This document shows, one piece after another, positions 48,838-58,091 of a DNA stretch of 64,000 bases (position 1 is the first letter of the stretch; each line of letters begins with the position of its first letter). Where the stretch lies: NCBI GenBank assembly GCA_009780675.1, contig WQZP01000001.1, positions 6,327 through 70,326 on the forward strand. The letters are read 5' to 3'. Position numbers and translations under genes: made by a program. This DNA comes from Spirochaetaceae bacterium. GTDB taxonomy: Bacteria; Spirochaetota; Spirochaetia; CADAEX01. Below the pieces are notes generated by a model, which was not told where the DNA came from, ran no database searches, and saw only the letters and a program-made list of their open reading frames with translations.

Positions 48838-48895
48838 CCAATAAACTATTTTTTACAAAAAAAAGTAAAAAATTCAATAGTTTATTGATAATATT
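48838..48895. promoter_or_regulatory. Long imperfect palindrome upstream of the cysK-metY operon (CAATAAACTATT...AATAGTTTATTG with an internal TTTTTTAC/GTAAAAAA); candidate operator
   Basis: 12-bp perfect outer arms plus an inner inverted repeat, read directly from the sequence about 60-120 bp upstream of the cysK start. Confidence 0.4.
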
Positions 48896-48924
48896 TAGTT
48901 AAACAAATTGCAGATATTATAACA

Positions 48925-50088
48925 TTGTGTCATAATATAATTATGATGGATACTAGAATATTAGAAATAAAAACATTAGAAAACAAAATTAAAAACATTT
49001 ACTCAACGATTGATTTTCATTACATAGCGCTTGGTAATTATATTGTTGTGAATGAAGCATTTGAATATTCTGCTCTTGTAGAGAAGAATGGGCTTTTTGC
49101 TGATCTAAAAAGTATAAAAGATATTTTTCGCAGTTATGATCAAGCTACGGTTAAAAGAGAAAAATTGAATAATAATAAAGAAATGATATCTGAAATAGAT
49201 CGAAAAACAAAAGATACCCTAAAGCTAATAAATGAACTGGAAAAAGAGAATGGCAAACATTATATTGGAATAGCTGAAACACTGTATGACCTTTTTAAGC
49301 TGGATAATCATAAAATGGCAGCATTCGAGCACTATTTTTCCGAATTAGTCGTAATAGATAATAAAAACAAGGAAATAAGCGATAAAATAAAAGAGATAGA
49401 AAACGATAAAAAATCTTCTTTTTTTGGCAATCTTAAAGATATTGGCGAAAAGACAATCCTCAATACAAAGAAAAGGTATAACTATTCTCTAATGCTCTCT
49501 TACTTTAAGACAGCTGGGGAAAAGCTTTGTATAGACAAGGTATATGAAACTGCTACTGACAGCCAGATAGAAGCGTTGTTTGGTTCATATAAAAATAATT
49601 TGAAAATAGGCGAAGAGTATTCTCTGACTATTGAAGCATTGAGCGCTGAAAAAAACAGGCTTAGAGTGGAAAATGAAGATTTAATGAGGGAACTCGCTTT
49701 TGACCCTAATGCTTTTATAAAAGAAATCAAGACAAGGAAGGATGCTGCAGTACAGGATTTTGGCAAAAAAGTATTCTATATAATTAGTGGAGCAGAAAAA
49801 GTTAGTGATTCAGCAGTGCCTCTGGAGTTGGAAACAGAAGTAAACAGATTTATTGGTGAAATAAAAGTATTAAATAACGAAAAAAATGAACTTGACCAAA
49901 AGATGGAACAGGTTAAGCTGGCAATCGAAATAGATAAGACCGAAAAAGATATTATTAACTATAAAGCAGCTATAGATAAAAAGAATGAGAAAATCGGTGA
50001 TCTTAATAAAGAGATCGAAGAATATGTAAATATGATCAGTGTTGCTGAGACCCAGCTTGGTGAGCTCAAGAAAAAAGTTGTCAGGTAG
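48925..50088 (+). CDS. Hypothetical coiled-coil protein
   Basis: K/E-rich heptad-like sequence. No motifs recognised. Confidence 0.35.
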   Translation: MCHNIIMMDTRILEIKTLENKIKNIYSTIDFHYIALGNYIVVNEAFEYSALVEKNGLFADLKSIKDIFRSYDQATVKREKLNNNKEMISEIDRKTKDTLKLINELEKENGKHYIGIAETLYDLFKLDNHKMAAFEHYFSELVVIDNKNKEISDKIKEIENDKKSSFFGNLKDIGEKTILNTKKRYNYSLMLSYFKTAGEKLCIDKVYETATDSQIEALFGSYKNNLKIGEEYSLTIEALSAEKNRLRVENEDLMRELAFDPNAFIKEIKTRKDAAVQDFGKKVFYIISGAEKVSDSAVPLELETEVNRFIGEIKVLNNEKNELDQKMEQVKLAIEIDKTEKDIINYKAAIDKKNEKIGDLNKEIEEYVNMISVAETQLGELKKKVVR

Positions 50089-50215
50089 AATTATAAATTT
50101 TTTTTAATATAAAGCGGTGATATTTATTCCCAGCAGTGTTGATAGGCGTGACGCAGCTTTAAAAAATTAGTGAATACAGCGACCCTCCCTGGAGGCCAAT
50201 AAATTTAAGGTATAA

Positions 50216-51064
50216 TTGATGAAATATGTTGGAGCGCATGTAAGCGCTGCTGGTGGTGTACATAATGCGCCTATAGCTGCATCAGAAATTAAGGCAAAAG
50301 CGTTTGCGATTTTTACAAAAAATCAGAAACAATGGAGCGCAAAACCTCTTTCAGAAGAAGAAATCAATCTTTTCAAAAAAAATATTGCAGAATATGGTTT
50401 TAAAAGCGAACATATTCTTCCTCATGACAGTTATTTAATAAATCTTGGCAACTTTGATACTGAAAAAAGAGAAAAAGCTCTTGCTGCTTTTATAGATGAA
50501 ATAAAGCGGGCAGGCCAGCTTGGTCTTAAATACCTGAATTTCCACCCGGGCAGCCATTTAAATCAGGTAACAGAAGAAGAGTGTCTTGACCTTGTTGCAG
50601 AGTCAGTAAATATAGCGAACAGTAAGACAAAAGAGTATAACGTGGTATTGGTAGTTGAGAATACCGCAGGTCAGGGAAGTAATGTGGGTTATAAATTTGA
50701 ACATATACAAAGAATAATCAACAATGTTGAAGACAAAAAGAGAATTGGCGTTTGCATTGATACTTGCCACACTTTTTCTGCAGGATATGATATTTCAACG
50801 CCTGAGAAATTTGATGGAGTAATTGCTGAGTTTGATAAAATAGTAGGTGTAAAATATATTTGCGCGCTTCATCTGAATGATTCTAAAAAAGAGAAGGGGT
50901 CAAAAGTTGACAGACATGCTTCTATAGGGGAAGGAACTTTGGGTGTAGAGCCTTTTCGCTATATTATGAACCAAAAAATATTTGATAATATTCCCCTTAT
51001 TCTTGAAACACCTGATCCTTCATTATGGGAAAAAGAAATAAAGCTTCTTTATTCTATGACGTAG
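50216..51064 (+). CDS. nfo: Endonuclease IV (AP endonuclease, xylose-isomerase-like TIM barrel)
   Basis: MKYVGAHVSAAGG N-terminus and conserved metal-binding His/Glu/Asp positions (LNFHPGSH, HLNDSK). Confidence 0.9.
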   Translation: MMKYVGAHVSAAGGVHNAPIAASEIKAKAFAIFTKNQKQWSAKPLSEEEINLFKKNIAEYGFKSEHILPHDSYLINLGNFDTEKREKALAAFIDEIKRAGQLGLKYLNFHPGSHLNQVTEEECLDLVAESVNIANSKTKEYNVVLVVENTAGQGSNVGYKFEHIQRIINNVEDKKRIGVCIDTCHTFSAGYDISTPEKFDGVIAEFDKIVGVKYICALHLNDSKKEKGSKVDRHASIGEGTLGVEPFRYIMNQKIFDNIPLILETPDPSLWEKEIKLLYSMT

Positions 51065-51186
51065 AGAGGGTCGCGGGCAAGCAAGCTTGCACGCGACCGC
51101 GACCGAACGAGGATATAGAACAAAACCAAGGGTTTTACTCTCTTTGATGAAAAATATTTTTTGTAAGTAACGGAGTTATAAAGTTT

Positions 51187-52464
51187 ATGGGTAAATGGGA
51201 TTGTGTAATTGTTGGAACAGGGCCTGCAGGGCTTGGCGCTGCGTTTGCTCTAAAAAATTCAAAACCAGATCTTAAAATACTAATGATAGATCGGGAACGA
51301 TATTCAACAGGCGGACTCCGTAATGATTGTAAAATGAATTTTACTTTTCCTATTGGATTTCCAGCAGAGTACTGGAACCAGGAGTCTGCAGATTCTTATC
51401 TTACAAAAGTTGCTGAAATTCTTCAGCCGCCAATTATGGATAAATTCAAGCTGGATGTGTATCAGAAAAGGGCAGAAAGGCTTGATGTAACGCTCCTGAG
51501 TATTAAGCAAGCTCATCTTGGAACTGATGGAGGATTAAAACTCATAAAAGAACTTGTTGCTAGCCTAAAAGAAAAAGGGGTTGAATTTTCACTTGGAGAA
51601 GAAGCAACAGGTGTAAAGTACAGTAATAACATTTTGATTACTGAAAAAAGAGAGATTGAATATAAAAATCTTATAATTGCTCCGGGAAGAAAAGGCTTTA
51701 AATTTTTACAGGACATTATGAATAATCTTGATATATCATACTATGATAATATTGTTGATATTGGCATAAGAGTTGAATCACATGAAGCATTGTATCCTAT
51801 TGTAAGAGATTACTATGACCCAAAATTTCTTTTTCCAGGCAGCGTGCGAACATTTTGCACCAATAGCAGGGCAGCTTATGTTGTGCAGGAAAAATATATT
51901 TCAACTGATGGGGTTGAGTATTATTCGGTAAATGGACATGCCTGGTCTGATGAATCCAAAGTAAATAATCTTGTTAATTTTGCTCTTCTAAAAACATCCC
52001 ACTTGACACACCCTGTTGCAAGTGGACAAAAGTTTGCGGAAATTCTTGGGCTTCAGGCAAATCTTTGCGGCGGCGGACGACCTATAATGCAAAGAGTAGG
52101 TGATTTTAGAATAGGGAAAAGATCCAGTAAAGAGACTTTTAATAATGACCTTTATGATTTTAAACCAACTTTAAAGAGTTGCACTCCGGGAGATATTTCT
52201 CTTGTTGTTCCATATAAGATAATGAAATCGCTTTGGACCTCCATGAAACTTCTTGATACAGTAATTCCCGGGATTCTCCACCCAAGTACAATTATGTATT
52301 ACCCTGAAATAAAAATGTATGCCAATAAGCCAAAATTTCTGGATGAAAATTTTCAGGCCAAGAAAAATATTTATCTTATTGGAGATGGGGCAGGAACAAG
52401 CAGGGGGATAACGGTTGCCTGGGCAAGCGGAATAAGGGCTGCCGATGGTATTTTGAAATCATAA
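51187..52464 (+). CDS. FAD-dependent oxidoreductase (COG2509-like)
   Basis: GxGxxG dinucleotide-binding motif CVIVGTGPAGLGAA. Confidence 0.55.
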   Translation: MGKWDCVIVGTGPAGLGAAFALKNSKPDLKILMIDRERYSTGGLRNDCKMNFTFPIGFPAEYWNQESADSYLTKVAEILQPPIMDKFKLDVYQKRAERLDVTLLSIKQAHLGTDGGLKLIKELVASLKEKGVEFSLGEEATGVKYSNNILITEKREIEYKNLIIAPGRKGFKFLQDIMNNLDISYYDNIVDIGIRVESHEALYPIVRDYYDPKFLFPGSVRTFCTNSRAAYVVQEKYISTDGVEYYSVNGHAWSDESKVNNLVNFALLKTSHLTHPVASGQKFAEILGLQANLCGGGRPIMQRVGDFRIGKRSSKETFNNDLYDFKPTLKSCTPGDISLVVPYKIMKSLWTSMKLLDTVIPGILHPSTIMYYPEIKMYANKPKFLDENFQAKKNIYLIGDGAGTSRGITVAWASGIRAADGILKS

Positions 52465-52475
52465 TAAGTTTATTT

Positions 52476-52763
52476 TTACTTGAAAATATAGTGCTTCTTG
52501 ACAGGCTTTGAAACTTTCCATACGCAGGACAAGCCTTTTGGAAATACAACATAATCTCCAGCGCCAAAAGAAACGCTTCCCCCTTTATGCGAAACCACTA
52601 CCTCTCCCTCAACAAGAAGGCATGTTTCTTCGCTGTCGTAATACCAGTCAAATTCCGATACATCGCACCCCCATACAGGCTTTGTACTCATTTCAGCTTT
52701 TTCAGCTTCGGTTGCTTTTTTTACCTTAATATCCATCAGTTTCCTCCGTCTCTCTGAAAACAA
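52476..52763 (-). CDS. Small cupin-domain protein
   Basis: Beta-barrel cupin-like motif EGEVVVSHKGGSVSFGAGDYVVFPKG. Confidence 0.4.
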   Translation of the reverse strand: MFSERRRKLMDIKVKKATEAEKAEMSTKPVWGCDVSEFDWYYDSEETCLLVEGEVVVSHKGGSVSFGAGDYVVFPKGLSCVWKVSKPVKKHYIFK

Positions 52764-52875
52764 TTATAGACAAATATAGTGCGACTTGTCATCAATAAAA
52801 CTGCTTGTTAAAAAATATAGCTAAAACTGGTTCAACCGGTTCGACAAAGCTAAAATAATATTTTATAATCAAGCC

Positions 52876-54735
52876 ATGAAAGTTATGAAAGCAATGGTGA
52901 TGGTTTTGCTTTTATCGGTTTTATTCTCCTCTTGCTTCAGAGTAGAAGAGGTTTCGCTTAAGGAATGGGAAAGCATTACTGTTGCGGGGCTGTATGAATT
53001 GTTGACTATGACCCAAAGCAGACCCTGGCGTGGAGAAGAATTTGTTTCCGGGCCTCCTGGCGGTGTTTGGAATTCAGCAGTTGTTGCTGAGCCAAAAACC
53101 TTCAATCTTCTGGTAGCAGAACGGGATGCCCCTTCCAATACCATTGTCCGGATGATGCTTGATTCCCTGCTGGATTACGATATGGTGCGCCGGGAATGGA
53201 CACCGCGGGCTGCATCTTTTGAAATCGAAGTTGACGAAGCTGCCGGGACACTCCGGGTCATATATACACTTAGGGATGATCTCTATTGGAGTTTTTACAA
53301 TTCAGACAGAAAGGTACCGGTTACAAGCAATGACGTTATCTTCTGGTACAATGAAATTCAGGGGGACAGGGCATTCCTTAGTTCTGCATTTAATAGTCAG
53401 TTTATTATGCTGGAAGATGGCAGTGCAGCTCGCGTTACCATCGAAAGAATCAACGATAAACGCTTTGCTTTCTTTTTCCCACGCATTGTGGCAGACCCTC
53501 TCCTTAGCACGAACATGACTTTTGGCCCCAGCTTTATTTTTGAAGAAGCAAAAAGAGAAAGAGGTGTTCAGGGGGTGATGGATCTTTTTAGTATTGCTTC
53601 TGACCCAAGAGAGATTCCCTCTTTTGGCCGATGGTTCCTTATAGAATATGTTCCGGGCTTGCGCATGGTATTCCGCAGAAACCCCAATCATTGGGAGAGA
53701 GATGATACTGGTTTTTCTTTTCCCTACGCCAGTGAAAATATAGTCCAAATTTTACCGGACACAGGTACCCAGTTTCTGGTTTTCCAGGAAGGCAGGCTTG
53801 ATACCTACGGAGCAAGACCCGAAGACCTGGATGTGCTTATCAGGGGTCAGGGGCGTGGTAGGAATAACCGCATCAGGAGCAACCGGGGAGACTACACAGT
53901 ATTTAACGCCGAAGGTTCTCTGGGCGCGCCTTTGTGGAGCTTTAATCAGAATCCGCGGAACAAGGATCAACCCTTTTATGAGTGGTTTACGCAAAAAGAA
54001 TTCCGCCAGGCCATGAGCTCTATTCTCAACAGGGACAGGATTGTATCCCAGGTGTTTCGGGGACTTGCAGAACCCAAGCTTGATTTTTTCCCTGCCCCAA
54101 ATCCATTTTATAATCCGGATATACGACTCCAGTTTACCTATGATCCTCAAAGGGCCATTGAACTTCTTGCTTCCATAGGTATGAACAGGGATGTTGCTGG
54201 CGTGATGCGGGATGCGCAGGGCAGGGCTGTGGAATTTGATCTTTCGATTTCAAGTGATGTAACGATACTTTCAGACACTGCTTCCATTATTGCAGATGAA
54301 GCTGCAAAGATTGGAATAAGGATAACCATTAGGCCTACAGATTTTCAAAGACTGGTGGATCAGTTGACTAATACTTATGATTGGTCTTCTGTAATTATTG
54401 CTTTGGGCGCTAATCTCTTTCCTTCACAGGGGAGTAACGTATGGCCATCAAGCGGCAATCTCCATCTATGGCATCCCCTGCAGACAGAGCCTGCCACTTA
54501 TTGGGAAGCGCGTATTGATTTTCTGTACAATGAAGGCAGCTTTACAGTTGACCCTGAAAAAGCATGGGTTATTTGGGATGAATTTCAGAGTATAATTCTG
54601 GAATACTTGCCTGTGATCTATCTTATCAGGTCGCGAAGTTTTTTCGCTATTCAGAATCGCTGGGATTTTACAAACTTTTACTTTGATAATCTCAATGGCG
54701 CAGAGATTTCCTATTTATTTTTGAGGTCGCATTAA
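52876..54735 (+). CDS. ABC transporter substrate-binding protein, family 5 (oligopeptide/dipeptide, OppA/DppA-like)
   Basis: Signal peptide with SSC lipobox. The ~600-aa SBP-5 architecture. Its start lies in a GC-rich segment. Confidence 0.75.
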   Translation: MKVMKAMVMVLLLSVLFSSCFRVEEVSLKEWESITVAGLYELLTMTQSRPWRGEEFVSGPPGGVWNSAVVAEPKTFNLLVAERDAPSNTIVRMMLDSLLDYDMVRREWTPRAASFEIEVDEAAGTLRVIYTLRDDLYWSFYNSDRKVPVTSNDVIFWYNEIQGDRAFLSSAFNSQFIMLEDGSAARVTIERINDKRFAFFFPRIVADPLLSTNMTFGPSFIFEEAKRERGVQGVMDLFSIASDPREIPSFGRWFLIEYVPGLRMVFRRNPNHWERDDTGFSFPYASENIVQILPDTGTQFLVFQEGRLDTYGARPEDLDVLIRGQGRGRNNRIRSNRGDYTVFNAEGSLGAPLWSFNQNPRNKDQPFYEWFTQKEFRQAMSSILNRDRIVSQVFRGLAEPKLDFFPAPNPFYNPDIRLQFTYDPQRAIELLASIGMNRDVAGVMRDAQGRAVEFDLSISSDVTILSDTASIIADEAAKIGIRITIRPTDFQRLVDQLTNTYDWSSVIIALGANLFPSQGSNVWPSSGNLHLWHPLQTEPATYWEARIDFLYNEGSFTVDPEKAWVIWDEFQSIILEYLPVIYLIRSRSFFAIQNRWDFTNFYFDNLNGAEISYLFLRSH

Positions 54736-54746
54736 CGATATAAATT

Positions 54747-55844
54747 ATGAAAATTATGAAAACTTCAAAAGGCTTTGTTGACTTTCTTACAAGACCCATT
54801 TTCCTCTTTAGAAAAAAAGCCCCTCTTCTTTCCTATATAGTGGGCCGTCTCCTTGTGATGATGCTGATGCTTTTTCTTCTGGGGCTCTCGGTTTTTGGAC
54901 TTATGGCGCTGGCGCCAGGGGATATTGTAAACCAGATAATGATTCAGCAGATCATGAGTTCATCTGAAGGGCGGGCTAATGTTACCCAGCAAGACCTGAC
55001 AGGAGAATGGGCCGAAGCCATGCGAAGGGAGCTTGGCCTTGACCAGCCATTCTATATCCAGTATTTCAGGTGGCTTAGACAGGTGGTTGTCCATCAGGAC
55101 CTTGGGGTAAGCCTTATTTCGCGGGCCCCGGTCTCTTTTTTGATAAGCTCCAGGCTTTGGAATTCTTTACTTCTTAATATGATATCACTTGTGCTGATTA
55201 CTTTTTTTTCGTTTTTGCTTGGAGTTTATTTTTCAACTAAGGCTGGAACCAAAACCGATGTTGCGGTTACTTTTTTTGCTCTGGCTCTTCACGCTTTTCC
55301 AGGCATATTGCTTTTGATTTTGTTGCAGCTCTTTGCTTTCTTTTCAGGGCTTTTTCCGGTAACTGCTTACCCGCCATTCCCTTTCCGGTATGCGCCCGGA
55401 CAATTTGTTTTTTCTTATGCGCACCATATTTTTCTGCCTCTGCTTGCTGCGTTTCTTGGCGGCATAGGCGGCACACTCAGGATAGTGCGGGCCATGATGC
55501 TGGATCAGTTGGGTCAGCCATATATCACGAGCCTCCGTTCCCGGGGCATTGCTGAATGGCGGATCTATCTTGTCCATGCTTTCAGAAATACTCTTAATCC
55601 ATTTATAACCGGAAGCGCCAATATGTTGGCTGGGCTTTTTTCCGGCTCCCTTATTTTGGAAATTATTTTCGCTTATCCTGGCATAGGGCGGCTTATGTAC
55701 GAGGCAGTGCTGCAGCAGGATGTTAATTTGGTTATGGCCAATATGATGCTTATTTCCTCCCTGGTTCTGGTGGGTATGGTCATAAGCGATATTTGTCTTG
55801 CGTTAGCTGACCCTCGTATCCGCTATGGGAAGGAAGGGAAGTGA
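54747..55844 (+). CDS. Opp/Dpp-type ABC transporter permease (OppB-like)
   Basis: Six TM helices, an N-terminal BPD-transporter region, and the EAA-like motif in the cytoplasmic loop. Confidence 0.8.
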   Translation: MKIMKTSKGFVDFLTRPIFLFRKKAPLLSYIVGRLLVMMLMLFLLGLSVFGLMALAPGDIVNQIMIQQIMSSSEGRANVTQQDLTGEWAEAMRRELGLDQPFYIQYFRWLRQVVVHQDLGVSLISRAPVSFLISSRLWNSLLLNMISLVLITFFSFLLGVYFSTKAGTKTDVAVTFFALALHAFPGILLLILLQLFAFFSGLFPVTAYPPFPFRYAPGQFVFSYAHHIFLPLLAAFLGGIGGTLRIVRAMMLDQLGQPYITSLRSRGIAEWRIYLVHAFRNTLNPFITGSANMLAGLFSGSLILEIIFAYPGIGRLMYEAVLQQDVNLVMANMMLISSLVLVGMVISDICLALADPRIRYGKEGK

Positions 55845-58012
55845 AGCGCTTTTTTATCTACCTAAGGAGCCGGCCACTGGGTATGGCTTCGGTGATTGTT
55901 TTGATCGTTCTCTATTTGTCGATGATCTTCGCTGAGTTTATCGCTCCTTATGGTCCTAATACTTCTTTTCCTGAATATACCTGTCATCCGCCTAATGTGC
56001 GTTTTTATCAGGGAAGATTCATGGTGCAGGAACACCGTGTTATAAACACAGTGAACTGGAAATATGTCCGCATCAGCGAACAGTTCACGGAGATTAGGCT
56101 TTTTGGCAAAGCTGAGCCATACAAACTTTGGGGGCTTATCCCTATGGAGAGGCGCCTTTTTACAACTGGCAGTGGTTATCCGGTTTTTCTTATGGGCGCA
56201 GACACTTTGGGGCGGGATCTTTTCTCGCGCATTATATATGGTTCGCGCATATCGCTGACCATTGGTTTTGTTGCTACTGCTATTTCACTGCTGCTGGCGA
56301 TTTTCTTTGGGGGCTTGGCTGGCTACTTTGGCGGCAGAACTGACTGGGCAGTGATGCGGTTTGCGGAATTTCTCATGCTTATTCCAAGCCTTTACCTCAT
56401 ACTCTTTTTGCGCTCACTTTTAGTGGGGCAAATGGACACTGGCCAGGCTTTTATGATGATAACGCTTATCCTTTCTTTGGTGGGCTGGCCAGGCACAGCC
56501 CGTACACTGAGGGGTATGATCCACTCTATCAAGCGGGAGGAATTTATCCTGAATGCCCAGCTTGAGATGATCCCTTCGATGGTGATAATCTTCCGGCACA
56601 TCATCCCCCAGATTGCGAGCCTCCTTATCGTGAGCATAGCTCTTTCAGTACCTGGATTCATTATGACAGAAACTGTCCTTTCTTACCTGGGCTTGGGAAT
56701 TGCAGATCCAGCAGTAAGCTGGGGCTCCCTTATTCGGCGAGATATCTCCACTATCTCTAACCTAATGGCTTACCCTTGGCTGCTTAGTCCAGTGTGGTTT
56801 CTTTTAGCTGTAACACTTGGCTTTAACTTTTTGGGTGATGCTCTTAGGGATTACTTTGATCCGTATCATACAGTGTTTAGGAAAAGGCGAATTCCATTTT
56901 CCAGGATTTTCTCGCGCAGAGGTGTAGAGCGCGACATCCATGTTGCTGAGGCGCAAAGTACGCAAAAAGAATTGGAAGCAACTACAGCGCCTAAAACATC
57001 AAACATTGGCAGTTTGCTGGAAGTGGGTGACTTGCAAGTGACTTTTTCCGTGCTTCGTGGCAAGAAGGTTCTTTTGGTACATGCTGTGCGGGGTGTTTCG
57101 TTCACACTTGAAAAAGGCAAAGTGCTTGGCATAGTAGGAGAATCTGGTTCAGGCAAGAGCGTTACTACGCAGGCGATTCCTGGCTTGCTTCCCGGAAGCG
57201 CTACAGTATCAGGCTCAATTTTTTACGAGGGAAAAAATATCCTTGGCCTCTCCACACAGGAACTAAAAGCATACCGTGGAAAGAAAATCGGCATGATTTT
57301 CCAGGAACCTGGCCGCTCTTTTGATCCGCTCCAGAACATGAAAAGTGTTTTTCTTGAAACTTTCAGAAACAGCGATCCTGAAATAACTAAAGAAGCAGCT
57401 GTAGAAAAAGCTGTGACTCTTCTTGATGAAGTGGGTCTCCCCAATGGCAGGGAACGGCTTTCCAACTTTCCTCACCAGTTCTCTGGAGGCCAGCTCCAGC
57501 GCATTGGCATTGCTTTGGCTCTGGCTCAGGGCTGCGATCTTCTTATTGCAGACGAACCAACTACAGCGTTAGACGTTACCATACAAAAGCAGATTATGGA
57601 CCTTCTGAAAGAACTCAGAAGGACAAGACATATTTCGATCATCTTTATCAGCCATGACATTGACCTTGTGGCAGATATTTCCGACCGTATTTTTGTGATG
57701 TACGGCGGCTTGGTAATGGAGGCTGCGCCCGCGGACTCCATTTATTCAAGCGCGATCCATCCTTATACAAAAGCCCTGCTTGCTGCAAGCCCACGCTTTG
57801 GCAGTCATTATACAGAGGAGCGGCTCAAAGTTATTCCCGGCAAAGTGGCTGACCCTGCGAATCCGGAACCTGGCTGCCCTTTTGCACCACGCTGCGCAGA
57901 AGCTGTTGAGGAGTGCCGCCTGGCTATCCCGCCCATTGTCAGGCTCGAAGATGATGCTCATGAATTCCGTTGTATAAGGCAAGATAGAGTTTTAACCACT
58001 TCTAACCAGTAG
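55841..58012 (+). CDS. Fused Opp/Dpp permease (OppC-like, N-terminal ~340 aa) and ABC ATPase (OppD-like) with an oligopeptide-transporter C-terminal Cys-rich extension
   Basis: TM domain, then Walker A GESGSGKSVT, signature LSGGQLQRIGIALALA, Walker B LLIADEPTTALD, and C-terminal CPFAPRC. Confidence 0.8.
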   Translation: MKRFFIYLRSRPLGMASVIVLIVLYLSMIFAEFIAPYGPNTSFPEYTCHPPNVRFYQGRFMVQEHRVINTVNWKYVRISEQFTEIRLFGKAEPYKLWGLIPMERRLFTTGSGYPVFLMGADTLGRDLFSRIIYGSRISLTIGFVATAISLLLAIFFGGLAGYFGGRTDWAVMRFAEFLMLIPSLYLILFLRSLLVGQMDTGQAFMMITLILSLVGWPGTARTLRGMIHSIKREEFILNAQLEMIPSMVIIFRHIIPQIASLLIVSIALSVPGFIMTETVLSYLGLGIADPAVSWGSLIRRDISTISNLMAYPWLLSPVWFLLAVTLGFNFLGDALRDYFDPYHTVFRKRRIPFSRIFSRRGVERDIHVAEAQSTQKELEATTAPKTSNIGSLLEVGDLQVTFSVLRGKKVLLVHAVRGVSFTLEKGKVLGIVGESGSGKSVTTQAIPGLLPGSATVSGSIFYEGKNILGLSTQELKAYRGKKIGMIFQEPGRSFDPLQNMKSVFLETFRNSDPEITKEAAVEKAVTLLDEVGLPNGRERLSNFPHQFSGGQLQRIGIALALAQGCDLLIADEPTTALDVTIQKQIMDLLKELRRTRHISIIFISHDIDLVADISDRIFVMYGGLVMEAAPADSIYSSAIHPYTKALLAASPRFGSHYTEERLKVIPGKVADPANPEPGCPFAPRCAEAVEECRLAIPPIVRLEDDAHEFRCIRQDRVLTTSNQ

Positions 58013-58091
58013 TCTGCTATCATTTTATTGTTCGATAACGCTTTTGACAGCAAATTAGAGGGTGAAAAGTTTCTTCCCGCCAGAGTATATC

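Noticed and set aside
51066-51110. GC-rich imperfect hairpin after nfo (ggtcgcgggcaagc...gcttgcacgcgacc) as a rho-independent terminator
   Set aside because: The stem has a mismatch and no downstream U-tract. It may still be a structured element, but the evidence is too weak to call.
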